A stretch of DNA of 64,000 nt from Anthoceros angustus. Its lineage: Eukaryota > Plantae > Anthocerotophyta. Positions 1-12,805 of this stretch are shown here, one piece after another. The position numbers were made by a program, and so were the translations under genes. Position 1 is the first letter of the stretch; each line of letters starts with the position of its first letter. The stretch covers positions 2,152,409 to 2,216,408 of the forward strand of contig MU008163.1 of the NCBI GenBank assembly GCA_010909165.1, read 5' to 3'. Below the pieces are notes generated by a model. That model worked only from the letters and a program-made list of their open reading frames with translations, was not told where the DNA came from and searched no databases.

Positions 1-23
1 CCCAACTCTTTTTCGTTTCGCAG

Positions 24-3000
24 CCAAGTGCAGACACAGTCATTATTTATGGTACGTTATCCCTCCAGTTAATTATTAGGGGTTTTTTTGTCTTAGTGGG
101 AGTTTTCGTCTCTCTTGGTGTGCCCAAACTTTGGGTCCGCCAGACAGATCAGGATCATGCGGTTTCGGTTGTGGCTGCGCAGACCCAGATTTCAACCCAT
201 TTGTTGACCTGCAAGCTCAGGCACGAGCACATCGCATTGGCCAAGTGAGGACTGTGCTTGTCTACCAGTTGGTCACTAAGTGTTCAGTAGAGGAGAAGAT
301 ACTGCAAAGATCTAGAAGAAAGCTTGCTATGGAAAACATAGTTATGAGTTTGACTGCCAAAGAGCAAGCTCAGGAGCTTAGTGAACTACTTTTGGAGGGG
401 GCAAGATCTGTTTTGGATGAGCAGAACATGGAGGCTACTTCAATTAAATACAGTGACGAGGATCTAAAGCAGCTTATGAACCGTGATATTGGACAGAATC
501 CTGAGCATGCAGCAGAGACAGCAGGATATCTGGGAGCTATACAAACAACCGATGATGGCCAAAAGCACAACTCAATGCACACGGAGGGAAGCAATTGGGA
601 TGAACTTCTTGGTAATCTCTCTGATGAGGGTGAACGATCGGAGGAGCTCGGACGAGGAAAACGGAGCCGTAAGGATGTTAAGTATGTGTGTGATCCGGAG
701 GGATGTGAAGATGAAGACGATTATCATGTGTCTCAGGAGAAGGAGAGCTCAGAATCAGATTCTGAAGCAAGCTTAGATCCTGAAGAACCACCTTCGGTTA
801 CAAAGCCTTCAAGGTGTAAAACAAATCTGCAAGCTTTTGACCATGAGGGCAGTCCAGGAGGTTTGGAGCTAAGTCAAAAGTCTACACAAAGAGGTTTGGA
901 GCTCAGTCAAAACTCCGAGTTATTAGTTACAACTGCAACCTCTGGATCACAGGTGTCCTCTGGACTCTTAATCCAACCTAATCTCCCTCGACATTCCTTT
1001 GACTCCAACAGATTTGCCCGATTGCTGCGTACCATACCTCAAGGTCAACCAACGACAAATATAACATCTTCTGGACAACGGCGCCCAGAAGTCCATACAA
1101 TGGCTTTGTTACAGTCTCTGAACCAGAATTTGTCAGGAGGAGCAGCTGGCCACCTTCAAAAGGTTCCGCTAGTTGATGCCAAACAACTGTACCATGTTGG
1201 AACACCCAAAGAATACTGTACACCTATCATCGGATTTGGTCATATGGCCTCTTCTGAACTGCAGCAACCAGTGCCTCTGAGAGGGCACACTCTTCCGTTG
1301 TTTGGTGATGGATATAAGGATTCTGGTGGACCTCTGAATGGGGGGTTTCACCAAGTGCCTCTACGTCACGTGGAGCCTGTTTGTGAGACAGAACAAACTC
1401 TTCGACTATTTGATGACAAAGTGCATTGTACTGGTGGAGCGTCAACCAGACCCGTGGAGTCACCCATGGGGCAGTTCCTCCAGCTGCCGCCATTTCAACT
1501 GGTTTCCGGTGGACCACCTCGTGGAGGACAGATTCTGTCACTGTTTGGTGAGAAACACTTGGGTGCTGGTGGAGCGTCTGGAGTGTCTCCAAACCCAGCT
1601 TCTGGCCAGTTCCTGCAAATCTCTCCTTCAATTCTAATGCGGCAAGCTGTTCCTAGTGGAGCACCTGTCAATGCTTCTCGACGCGATCCTGTGGAGGTGG
1701 TTTCTACTTTCAGCAGGTATGTGGAAGGCATGAGTCCATCCTGCATTCCCACCAACAGGCCTGCTGGTGATGCTCCTCAGTGTAGGACTGACATGCTCTG
1801 CAAGCACAGAGTGCCCAACTTCCCTGTAGAGAAATGTCCAGTGTCTGCGTCTGCATCACTTGAGACAAGGAGAGAGAAATTCGAGGTACCGAAGTTGGAA
1901 GTTGTGGACTGTGACCCCATGCAACATCCAACCTCTGGACACCCAAAGTTTGGGCAGAAGTCAATGCCATGCGAAATACGTCCTGAAAGTCTGGAGGAGT
2001 CAACATTATCACTTGCGGAGAGCTTGCTCACATCCTCCCTTGCTGATATAAGGACTCGTGATGTCTGTTCTGTTGGAACTGTCCTGTCATCTGCTGGGCA
2101 AGCCCCACCAGACTTGAGGTGTGTGGAGAAATCAAGGTCAGTCGGTGTCCCCAGAAACGCTGCTTCAAGGAACATGCCTGGATCTGCTGTGCCAGTTGAT
2201 ACTGCAGAAAACTGCCAAGAATACTCTAGCGTCCCTTGTTCATTGGATTCTGAACATACATTTGTGGCAGTTTCTGAGGCTGCACAGGTTACTGGAGCGG
2301 TGAACAGAGTAGATGTGGTGGAGAAAGTGATCAGCTCCTTTTACACAAGCTCAAATGGTTCTGAACTTGCAACAGACGTCTTCCAGCATCAAGCTAGAGT
2401 TTCCGAGGTTGGAGACTCTAAGGCAGACATGGCTTCTCATCACTCTAGTACTGCTGAGCTTCGGGTCTTGGGGACTATGCCCAGTAACGTGCCTCCTTTT
2501 GACATTCTTACTTCTCTCGCTGTTGTAGATATGCCTACCCCAGCCAGTAAGTCTGCAGCCCATGCTAGCGTTATCCCCAGTGTAGCTTATAGGTCGGATT
2601 TGGATACATATTTTAGTGCTTGTCCAAACTCTAGTATCTCAGCCCTAATGAAGAGCTTAAAGCTCCCTGTACCTCCGGCCCAGTATTCTGAACCTCCCCA
2701 CATCCCTACCATGACTTCTAATGCTCTGCCCTCTGTGTCTTCCAGACCAACTACTTGTGTGTCCGGACATTCCAACCTGCCTGTTGAACCTAAGGTCATT
2801 TTTGGGTCTGCAGATTTACCTGCAGCTTCCAAATTGTCATTTCTGGAGCCACATTATGTGAATGAGGTTCGTCCTGCAGTGTGTGATGTCAATCCAAGTT
2901 CAGGCTTCCCTTTTACTCCCGCTTGTTCTCCTGTTGACATTTTAGACGCTAATTTTTTTGGTTCCAAAACTTCGGAGTCTCGCCCATCCCCCACCTGTCA

Positions 3001-3367
3001 GAGTCTGCGGGGCGCATCCTCTCCCAGCTTTTCTTTCTCCCCTCCTGCCCTTTCAGATGCCCCCACCCACCTTCCGGCCGACCCCAAGGAGTCCCTTCCT
3101 CCTCCAAAGATGGTTCCCAACTTACCTCAACCCCAACTTTTGTATTCTGGGTTACCCAGGGACTGTTCCCTGCTTAAGAAGCCTGCCTCCAAGGCAGATG
3201 CTCGGAAACCACTGTGGGTCCCCTCAGGTGAAGCAGGCATGCTCATGTTACATTCAAGGAAAGAGCTGCAAACTCTTGACAGTGAAATGAAGACTCATGG
3301 CAATGGTGCGCTGCCTTTCCAACATGACTCGAGGATTGTTTCCGACACGGCGAATCCAGCCTCTTGA
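24..3367 (+). CDS. CHD3/PICKLE-type SNF2 chromatin remodeller, 3' part (helicase-C end, DUF1087-like motif, long low-complexity C-terminus); 5' part lies outside the window
   Basis: Exon 24-51 (PSADTVIIY) splices GT..AG to exon 183-3367 (DPDFNPFVDLQAQARAHRIGQ...VYQLVTKCSVEEKILQ), matching SNF2 motifs V/VI. W-x-x-LL and EELGRGKRSRKDVKY match the CHD3/PKL motif after the helicase. Confidence 0.85.
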
Positions 3368-3429
3368 ACTCACTACTTTTTTTATTTGTTGCTCCCTCTA
3401 TCGATGACAGATTTTTTGACGGTTGGACT

Positions 3430-5000
3430 GGTGCCAGCCTAGCAGAGAAATCACCCCTTATTTGTTGCGGACTTTCTAGAATTATGTACGATGCAAAGCG
3501 AAAAAAGTACAGTAAAGAGGAATAATATTAAACTAAAGAAGAAAACACGTGAAGTAAAGAGAAAAAAAAGAAGTTAAGTCCGGTATAGAGGAAAAACAAA
3601 TAAAATGAAGTAAAGAGGTCAAGAGCAGTAAAGAGTTACGTGATGAGGAAAAGGTAGGAGGAGATAAAACTAAAACCCATTTTTCATGGAAGTCAACAAT
3701 CCCGACAGATTAGGCTCGCTGGCCAAGGTGACAGGCCTCGAGTCTGGTATCCCAGATTTCTTCTCTTCTAAACCTGATCGTTGCACAACAGCCCAAGTTG
3801 AACTCGTTGCTGTTATTTGACAGAGATGGGCGTTGAGAAGACAGGGAGGATCCGAAACTCGTTGCCTCATTTAACGTCGTGAGCCTGTCAATGCCATAGA
3901 GGCCAAATAGACAGTAAGATAACGGACATGCCCGTGCGACTGTGATGCTGGCTTCGCAGCACGACAGGCGAAGCCAAATGGGGAGGTTAAGAAATATGCT
4001 AACCCAAACCCGTTCCATGAGTTTGTCTCCTGAGTCCTCAGGGCGTTCTGAGGTCAGGATCTGGAGCTTGCTTCGAAGTAAGTATGAAAACTCGACAAAC
4101 TTGACAACTTCCTAGCCTGTGAAGCACTCACTGTGTGTACTTCCAGATCCAGCTCTCCCACCAAGCAGTGCAACGAGAATTTCAGGATACAGGTACAAGC
4201 CTTCGTAGCATTGAAAAGACTCAGAGGGGAGATCACAGCTGAGATTAACCTCACACAGCGGACATTGCTTGCTTCAAGAAAGGTTTAAGTTACGTCATAC
4301 AAACCTCCAATGAAACGTGATCCCACACAAGAGACGTGTGTTACACCATAAAATGGAATCTCGACGCATCCAGAGCATTTGATGGACTCTACACGTAGCC
4401 TGGAGGGTGTCCACCTACATATGTAGGTTCATGCCATCAGAAAATGCAATTAGATTTCAGAACTCGAATGCACGACAGTCATTACTACATAGCGTCCACT
4501 TTTAGATGTTTCTTTTGGTTTTGTTGTAGAAGCGGAGGAACGCTGCATCACTCTCCCGCCTACCCCGGCCCCCGCCCTTGCCCTTGCCCTTACACGCCAA
4601 GATGGTGGCCAATGCCATATGGCAAAGGGCTGACCCGGAGGACAGGGCCAACGACCTGAAGCTACAGCACAAACAAACCAACCACAACTTCATGTCCGAT
4701 CCAGCCCGAGTGGGGCCAACAAGGCCAGAAGAACCCGCGGTAGAAGAGTTCCAGCCACAGAGGATAACCGTAGAAACGTCAGACGAAGATTCTCCAACAG
4801 AATCGCGAAGCTCAACAGGGACAGTCTAGACAGAAGTCTGCGGGGATCTCCCGAGGGAACAGATCCTCAAGTTCCCAATATCGATGTGGCAAGTTGGCAA
4901 CTATTTACCGAGACATGTCGGTGAACCTACACAAATTCCTCGAGCCAGGGTCACATACCTGGGCGAGGGAATCTGTGGATGGACACTGTGGTCTCAGCAC
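3430..5000. mobile_element. Probable degenerate TE remnant(s)
   Basis: Purine-rich strand bias at 3490-3670 and fragmented short ORFs with no recognisable domain. The family cannot be assigned. Confidence 0.25.
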
Positions 5001-5295
5001 ACCAGGCTGTCACTATATTCTGTCATATTTTATACAAGCGCTTGGCCCTCACCATTTCACCTTGTGTTAAAACGAGGTGGAGATGATATATTTTCTATAT
5101 CTCAGTCACATGTATTATTTTGCCTATAGAAGGGGCACCATCTTTGTACACCTCAGGCTAGCCATGATCAGACCATCCACTACCGACATGAGCAAGTCAT
5201 ACAAACATGCCATAGTGCAACAATCCAGCATCCCACGAGCAGATACAAACATGCCACAATGCAATAGTTCAGCATCCCACCATAGCATAAACAAA

Positions 5296-5403
5296 CTAGT
5301 GATAGTGGACAATGTTTGCTACTAAGATTCCATGACTCTCAACCTCTCAGCTAGTGATAGTGGACAATGTTTGCTACTAAGAGTCAATGACTCTCAACCT
5401 CTC
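5296..5403. repeat. 55-bp tandem duplication (2 copies)
   Basis: ctagtgatagtggacaatgtttgctactaaga...gactctcaacctctc starts at 5296 and 5351. Confidence 0.9.
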
Positions 5404-6156
5404 TAAAAACAGACACTAGGAATGAATGTGTACGCATCACATGCCATCCACTACAGGGCAGCATACTCACATGCCACCCACTAAAGGGTGATGTACTCAC
5501 ATGCCATCCACTACAAAACAAAGATATTGGTAAACCTATAGATTAACTCAAAGTTGCACATGCGGTAAGCACTTATAATTTGCTCATCTAACGCATGCTA
5601 CAAACTTGCACCTCTCCCACTTATGTGACCCAATATAGAACTCCCATACTCTGGAGAATGTAACAATGAAAAAGAAACGCCTACCATTGGCCAACATTAT
5701 GTTCTCTATAAACGACATATTGATCAACATCGCAATTTTTTCCATCATTCATAGTGTCATTTCAACACACAAAACTAATAAAGCCTAAGGCGAGACCAGC
5801 CAATGACCTTTTGTTCATATATTGGTGTAAGAATACAATGAAGCATAGATAGCACCACCGGCTAAATGACCAAAAATGACAACCAAATGACTAAAGAGCT
5901 AAAGATGACAACTAAATGACCAAAGAGCTAAATGTGGCTCAAGGTCTCAAACACTTAGTGTAGGGACATACTCTCAAATGTATCCTTCATGTTTTATTTT
6001 TTCAATATCTTATATAAGTAGTTGAAATTTTTATAATAATCAAAAAAATATTGAATACCATATTTAAACTATATGGTAGCACAATATGAAAAGAACATTA
6101 AAGTCAATAAACTTTCACAACTATTGTTATCTAGAGTCTTATTAACCTATATTTGG

Positions 6157-6702
6157 TTAGATTTGATTAGAACGAGTAGACCAAAATGGGAGAGGAGTCC
6201 ATGACCCGAATATGTAACCCCCACATAAAAGGTGAGCATACCCGCTTCCATATGTTTCGTCTTCGGATACTTGAAGTTCACAATGCATTGTTTTTGTCAT
6301 AAAATTGGAGATCTCGACTTTCCATATATTAGGAACGGTGTCGCTTGAGATCAACATAGTTCCACCTTGCAATAATTCAAGCCTACAATTACGGGTATCT
6401 TTGTATCCAAATGCAAAAGGAACAGTGGAACTCCATAAGGCATATTCTGGACCGTAATCTATTCTGAAAAGCAAAAGTTTGCAAGATCTTTCATCCATCA
6501 GCAAACGATACAAGCCTTGTGGTTGAGATTGCAAATACTCATTAGGTCTCAATATTCTTCCTACTTCAAGGTTATTTTTAATTGTATACGCTGAAGGAAA
6601 GACCAACATAGATATAAGTAAGAAAGATATTATCTTAGACAGAGGTAAGTGATATAAGGTGCAACGATGTTGTGATAAGCTTTTATGTGATGACGTATTC
6701 AT
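6157..6702 (-). CDS. Small secreted bulb-type (GNA-like) lectin-fold protein, divergent
   Basis: Intronless 181-aa ORF. A hydrophobic N-terminal stretch (IISFLLISMLVFPSAYT) is followed by L-x-x-G-x-x-L...L-x-S...Y-x-L-x-M...C-x-L-x-L...ALWSS...C-x-L...W, the B-lectin spacing. Confidence 0.6.
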   Translation of the reverse strand: MNTSSHKSLSQHRCTLYHLPLSKIISFLLISMLVFPSAYTIKNNLEVGRILRPNEYLQSQPQGLYRLLMDERSCKLLLFRIDYGPEYALWSSTVPFAFGYKDTRNCRLELLQGGTMLISSDTVPNIWKVEISNFMTKTMHCELQVSEDETYGSGYAHLLCGGYIFGSWTPLPFWSTRSNQI

Positions 6703-7599
6703 TAATATAATAACAAGATATAATAATTTTAAGAACGCGTCAATAAATGCTGCATAGGACTATCCATAAAGGTTTCAAAAGATGCACATTGGACTTATGG
6801 AATACGCTCATACTCCACAAAATTTTCTATTTAAACCCTTCAATAACTAGATTCTTGTTACTAGTTCATTGCTTATGAAGGAGATGATATTTAAAGTATT
6901 ATTATAATTTAAACTGTTATAGAATGTATAAAGTTGTTGAACCAAGTCATATGTCAAATATTGAAGCTTTCAATTCACATTGACCTGTAGACCTTCTAGA
7001 ATAAAAAGTCTTTCATGAGGAATAGATGTTGAACTAAAGTACAATTATTACAACTATTTGTCATCGTCATCATCTCAAGATTCTGAATTTCTGATAACTA
7101 GTTCAATGCATATAGTTTATGGTTGCAAATAAGTAAATTTTTAGTTAAAAATGAAGTAAGATATTTATTTAAATTAAATTTCCAAGAAGTCATGCATGCT
7201 TTTGAAGACTCTTGAGCGTGGGTGTAGAAACTCTTGATGTGCTCATTGGTGCATGCCTCCTTATTACCAAAAGTTTCCATGGGATGCTACTTATAAATGG
7301 CATAATCAAGAGAAAACATACAAAGGATAAGGCAGTTTACCGAAGTCATGGACATGAGCCTTTATTGACATCATGAATATGAGCCTTTGTCAAAGTCATG
7401 AGCACGATCGTTCATTAAAGTCGAGAAATTTTATAACATAAAAGCTATATAATACACTAGTTATACAATACACTAAAAACTGGTTAAAGTTAATACCATT
7501 ACAATTGCGTGCCTCTTTGATAATCTAGGTTTTTGTAATGTGTGAAGCTAAAGAGATTTTGTGATTACTTTCCACGCATGAAGAAGTAGCGAGGACTTC

Positions 7600-7757
7600 A
7601 ACCCCATATTCCAATTTGCAAATGAAAGAATGAAAGGCCACATACATGTTCTAATTTGCAAATTAAAGAATGAAAGACCCCATACATATTCTGATTTGCA
7701 AATTAAAGAATGAAAGACCCCATACATATTCTGATTTGCAAATAAAAGAATGAAAGG
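7600..7757. repeat. 40-bp minisatellite, about 4 copies
   Basis: aaagaatgaaagaccccatacatattctgatttgcaaatt repeats with period 40. Confidence 0.9.
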
Positions 7758-8131
7758 TTGATATCATTTTCGGTAAAGCAACATCCGCATAACACATGCA
7801 ACTACTACAATGAATGCAAAAACGTCTTAACCCCAAAAGGATTGAGCTGGCTATTTTCATGGAAAATAGGCTGGACTTGTTTTTGATTTATCACAAGCAT
7901 TCTGATGTTCCTTTAAACGTGAGAAAATGCAAGCATACCAAGCTCTGAGCTGTGCATCCAATGAGTCCACTCCCACCGCGATCAGATCATTGTACATCCC
8001 AGAGTGGTGTGAGAAACCTTGGAGAGTTTCTTGATCTCTTGGTGCTTTTAGCTCAGTTTGTCATGGTCACATAAGCAAATAGTGGCATAAGCATATACTG
8101 TTAGATGTGCGTTGGCAAGCTTTATCTAATA

Positions 8132-8588
8132 CGCTCTAATCGGAAGAGAGTGCGAGAAATTTGGGCCACGATTGTCTGATGAACATTAAGACATCCATTA
8201 GGCATGAAACCGCGCAAAATGCAGCAAAGTGTCCATGGGTTTCGATATCCCATGATTTGGCTACCGACCTACGGGGACTGCGTCTCTTTTATGTGCACGA
8301 CCAAGCGGTAGCGATCGCTCACATGGCACCTAGTGGCCATGGCTGCCTTCTTCGCTCTAATCGGAAGAGCGCGAAATTTGGGCCTGATTGTCGATGAACA
8401 TTAAGACATCCATTAGGCATGAAACCGCGCAAAATGCAGCAAAGTGTCCATGGGTTTCGATATCCCATGATTTGGCTACCGACCTACGGGGACTGCGTCT
8501 CTTTTATGTGCACGACCAAACAGGCGCGATCTGCCGGCCCTCCACATGGCACAACCCTAGTGGCCATGGCTGCCTTCTTGCGCTCTAC
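8132..8588. repeat. ~225-bp tandem repeat (2 copies plus the start of a third)
   Basis: cgctcta(atcggaagag) starts at 8132, 8353 and 8581; the internal sequence of the two copies is nearly identical. Confidence 0.9.
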
Positions 8589-8596
8589 AATAATCC

Positions 8597-8857
8597 CCAG
8601 CTCATGTCCAAACGGCTTAGGCGAAATGGATACAAAAATCCCCAGCTCATGTCCAAATGGCTTAGGCGAAATGGACACATATTTATAAGAACGTTATTAT
8701 TAAACATCTTGCGCTTAGATTGATACTTAGATGGGGTGCCTAAAGGAAGTGGATGCCCTTGGTGTAAGTAGCTTGGGCACACCATGGAACAAATTTTTAA
8801 ATACCATGATAGAAAATTCTGTCCAAGTGGACTAAAATATATTCTTCTTCTTCTTCT
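8597..8857 (+). mobile_element. Structured (TTC)n-tailed SINE-like / non-LTR 3'-end element, with duplicated 5' hairpin
   Basis: Matches the copies at 12330-12547 and 56926-57150 (tgtccaaatggcttaggc..aaatggacac; ggggtgcctaaagg..gtggatgcccttggtg.aagtagctt; gtggact...ttcttcttc). Confidence 0.7.
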
Positions 8858-10789
8858 GGATACCACCTACTGCGTGCTGCGTCACCAACGGGCACCCCTT
8901 CCTCGGTCACCTGCAACCTGCACGGAAGAGGTCACCAAAAGAAGCCGTTCTCGTCTTGGTAGAGAGATGAAAAAACACCGGCAAGTGACTGTCAACGGCA
9001 AGTTAGAGGGAGGGGAAACGAATGTGCGCACCGGGGGGCCGCTCTAGATACCGTGGCAAGACCGCATCCAGGGCACGACAGCCTGCGCGGTACAAGCGGG
9101 GCCTCGAAAGGAATGCGGCTTACCAGCCCGGCCATGGAGCTAGACCATGGAGCCCGAACTTCTTTCAGCATTGTGATTCTTTGTAGCAATTGCTGGCCAA
9201 ATTTTTAGACAAGTGGGTGGACAGATACAGAATGAAGATACAGAATGACAGATACACAACACTGCACACTAACATAGGAGATAGGTCTCCTGTCGTCAAA
9301 TTTGCTAAATCCCTTAAAGTAGCCCAGAAACGCTCAATTTGAACTCCCCAGTGCTTGTGGTAACAAATGTTGAGGGCTATAGAGGAATTGAATCCGCTCA
9401 GCTTTAGCGAACTGCATACTATCAGCCACGACAGAAATCCGATTTAAATTTGGATTGTGGAGCCCCGAAGAGCTCAGCCCAAAAAGTAGACTAAGCCGCT
9501 TTTGTGTCCCGCGCACGGTATTCTTTAGTAAAAGGCGAAAGAATAGTTCGCTTTGCGCTGAACACGCGGCACATGATTTTTAAGGCTGGGGATGCTAGTT
9601 CAAGTAGGGTAAAAAGAGCTACGCAGGTCTTCTGAATGATATGGGGTATACCTGACAAGCCAATCAGGACTTCGTTGTTGTTCTCCCTTTTATCGTGAGA
9701 TTCCTGTGGAGGCAGATAAGGAGATGCGCTCGCTCAAGAGCCGACTCTTCACGTTTCGGTCACAAATAGCACCGAGCTTGCCAATACTTTCTCTGTCCAT
9801 TCTTCTCTTTACAAGAGATAGCGGGCCGTACCACAATAGAGAAGAGGCGAGCAATACGACCAGATGATGCTAGAAATGGGAACATGCGTTCTTGTTCTAC
9901 TATAGCACATGGGGGGTTTAGAGCGGTCTCATCTCCTCCAGCTGCGATCCTAAACTCTCCAGCAAGTCAATGAGTTGCCTATGCCGTGGACTCTGGCAGA
10001 CTCCGACCACGAAAATGTGTATTTGGTGGTCATGCTCGATCCGACTCAGCCCTCAGCCCGGGCTTCTTCCATGCGCCTTGTTTTCGTCTCAGGCTGTGCT
10101 CCTCCCATGCATGATCCAGCAAACCAGCACCAGCTTAAATGTGAACACAATCTACAGCAGAAAGTTTCGGCTGAAGATGCACCGCATGAGTGAAGGCATG
10201 TGGCAGTCCATCCCAGTCAGCGGAATTGGAGCACGCTGAGTGATGAAAGCGTGCTGAGAACCGTCGATCGAGCTGCATGCAGAAGGAGCTCCCTTGCAGG
10301 CATCCTCGCAAAGAATCAGCTGTCCTGGAAGACAAACTGGCAGAGACAGAATTGGTGGAATACGCAGGCGGGCAGTTGCTTCTGGACGGGGCAAGGGCAA
10401 CCTGAATTCCAGCTTCAAGCGCGATCGGTAAAGATGACACAGCACACAAATGCGACTGGTACAATTGACCTACAGGAGGAAGAAGGCGCGAGATGTGTCC
10501 AACACCTCCTGCCATTGTGGGCAAATGAACCACAGGATTCACCAGGGATTCTACCGAAGCGGGCGCTTCACAAACCCAACACAGGCTCGCCTTGTCTCCA
10601 CTCAATTGAGCGACGGGGAAAGGACTGTACAGCAGAAGAGAGCACAAAATGTCCGTGCAACCAATATCATCGTTAGACACTTGAGGAATCCGCAGCCAGT
10701 TTACCTGGCATCAAAGAATTATTTGTACAACTCAGTTCAGCCAATGTCTCTCATGTAAAGTAGGAAACAGCTCCGAGGCCGGGTTGCAA

Positions 10790-11979
10790 CTACTTCAAAT
10801 AAGTAGAGCCGCAAAACAGAAACACATAGGAAATAAGAGAGCTGACGAGTTCAATTCCCCATGACCCAGGGAGAACTTGCGCTGGTAGGATGGGCCATAC
10901 GAGCGTGCTTATGAGCCAGCTTCCGATAAGAACAACAAATCTGCATAAACCCACTCCAGAGGTGTTAATAAGGACGTATGCAAGTAAGGAACGAGAAAGA
11001 CGTACGTAGGGTAAGATCGGTTCCACACACCCCAGCACACCAGCTTTCCACGGCTTCTTTAGCCGTTCGTTTAAGAAGTAAAGTGACGACAAAAAGGACA
11101 GGAGAACCTGCAGCCATGAAGCCAACGGGAAGCAAACATAAGCCCAGAGCACTGATAAAGCCAAGGAGCAGGTAAGCCGAAGCTGAAATGAGTGACACAC
11201 CTGGAAAGCTGGACCCTTGGGCGTTTTGTCAAAACCAGTCCAAATGGCCAACATTGCAAAACATGCCGCACGCGTCAGAATTCTTTTCTGCGAAGGCACC
11301 TCGATCCTGTTGGAAAGGAACTGCATCCACTTGGGTGGTTGCACGAGCTTCTTGACTTGGCCCGGTTTCGCCCTTTTCCGTTGCTTCAAACTGTCCATGA
11401 AGATTCTGTCATACGCTGATTCAATGGCATTCTTACTCTCCGGATGCTCTCCATAGAGAGAAATCAGATAGCTACGTGCGTCTTGAACCTCCTCCAACGA
11501 GGCCTCCTTGCTGACACCCAGCCTCTTGTGTGGATCACGCACGTTGATCCTCGGAAACACCGGATAACCTGGCCAAGCCGGTACAACCACTTCACCTCAA
11601 CAACCCTTGCCTGCCTCGCTTCAAATGGAAAGCAAACCACACCATCACGCCACCACTCACCACCGTATCCCAATCCAGAAGCCCCCTCTGCGCGCACGAC
11701 CCCGTGTCCCCTCCTCTGATCGCTCCAATCCAAGACCCTGGTCGAGGCACATTCTTGATGCAACCACCTGGCGCAGACATCCGCACCTCAGCGGAGAAAG
11801 CGAAGCGCACACACAATGCTGCAAAGCGCACGGAATTTCATTTCTCACCTGCCTGGTTGGAATCGCAGACTCACCGCCGACTGTCTACCACGCCCCAGAT
11901 CTGGCTTCCATCTCGACTGCTGCTGCCAATCTCCCAACCCGGACCAGCTGCAGGCGGGAGCTGAAGCCGTACACATCAT
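10790..11979 (-). CDS. CPP1/CDF1-like (DUF3353) chloroplast membrane J-like protein, multi-exon
   Basis: FPRINVRDPHKRLGVSKEASLEEVQDARSYL...AIESAYDRIFM...GPAFQV...ELVSSLISYVFLFCGSTYLK matches the CPP1/DUF3353 family. Two upstream exons from ATG 11979 splice in frame to give a transit-peptide-like N-terminus; the start is less certain. Confidence 0.85.
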
Positions 11980-12329
11980 CCTAAAACCCCTCAAAAACCA
12001 CGTACAAAAATTCCACCCTACAGCGCAGCTCCCACGCCCATCTGCGCAAACCCCAGTGCATCGATTGCGCCGGCAGCCACAAGTGCATCAAACTACGCTC
12101 CAATTCGCCATCTCCGCTGCATCTGATCCTCGCCAAACAATCCTTCCGGTTCGTCTCCGTCGCAAGTTTCGCGCACGAACCCTAAACTGTGCACCTCTCT
12201 TTTTTTCGATAAAATAATTTATACTGGTTCTTTCGTCACGGCTTACGCTGAGACCGTCAGTCTTCATCGACAAAACGACTACCAATTCTGACTCTTTCAC
12301 GCGTTAAGATTGGAGAAGGCATGTACAGT

Positions 12330-12547
12330 GAAGAAGAAGAAGAATTTTATTGAAGTCCACTCATGACGGATTTCCATAACGGGACTTGGTACTTAACAAC
12401 TTGTACCATGGTGTGTCTAAGCTACTTGCACCAAGGGCATCCACTTCCTTTAGGCACCCCATTTAAGTACGATCTGAGCTCAGCATGCTTAATCACGGGG
12501 TTCTTATAAATGTGTGTCCATTTGGCTTAAGCCATTTGGACACACAT
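12330..12547 (-). mobile_element. Structured (TTC)n-tailed element, full copy
   Basis: Reverse complement runs from the atgtgtgtccaaatggcttaagccaaatggacacacat hairpin to caataaaattcttcttcttcttc. Confidence 0.75.
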
Positions 12548-12678
12548 TTTGGCAGTGAGCGTGGATCGAATACGCGACCTTCAGATCTTCTGTCTGACGC
12601 TCTCCTAACTTAGTTCGGTGAGCAGTGGGGAGGATTAAAAAGTTTTACATCTTGTGGCAATGATAGAGGATACTTAGT

Positions 12679-12805
12679 AAGAAGAAGTATTTCAAAGTCC
12701 ACTAAGGATGAAATTTCCTTCATGGGATTGATATGACAAAAATACATAAAAGCAGAATAAGTATATTGAAGTCCACTAAGGATGGAATTTTCTTTATGAG
12801 ATTGA
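12679..12805 (-). mobile_element. Two tandem 3'-tail fragments of the (TTC)n element
   Basis: gaagaagtatttcaaagtccactaaggatgaaatttccttcatggga and tattgaagtccactaaggatggaattttctttatgaga. Confidence 0.6.

Noticed and set aside
8176-8210. Hammerhead-ribozyme-like CTGATGA...GAAAC in a tandem repeat
   Set aside because: The intervening sequence cannot form stem II, and the second repeat copy lacks CTGA (gtcgatga).
9300-9370. Integrase-like QIERFWATLR on the minus strand
   Set aside because: An isolated 10-aa resemblance with no D,D(35)E context.
10790-11590. Stop-free in-frame introns in CPP1 and other genes as exitrons
   Set aside because: Short GC-balanced introns often lack stops by chance, and the read-through peptides interrupt conserved alignments; no evidence without RNA data.
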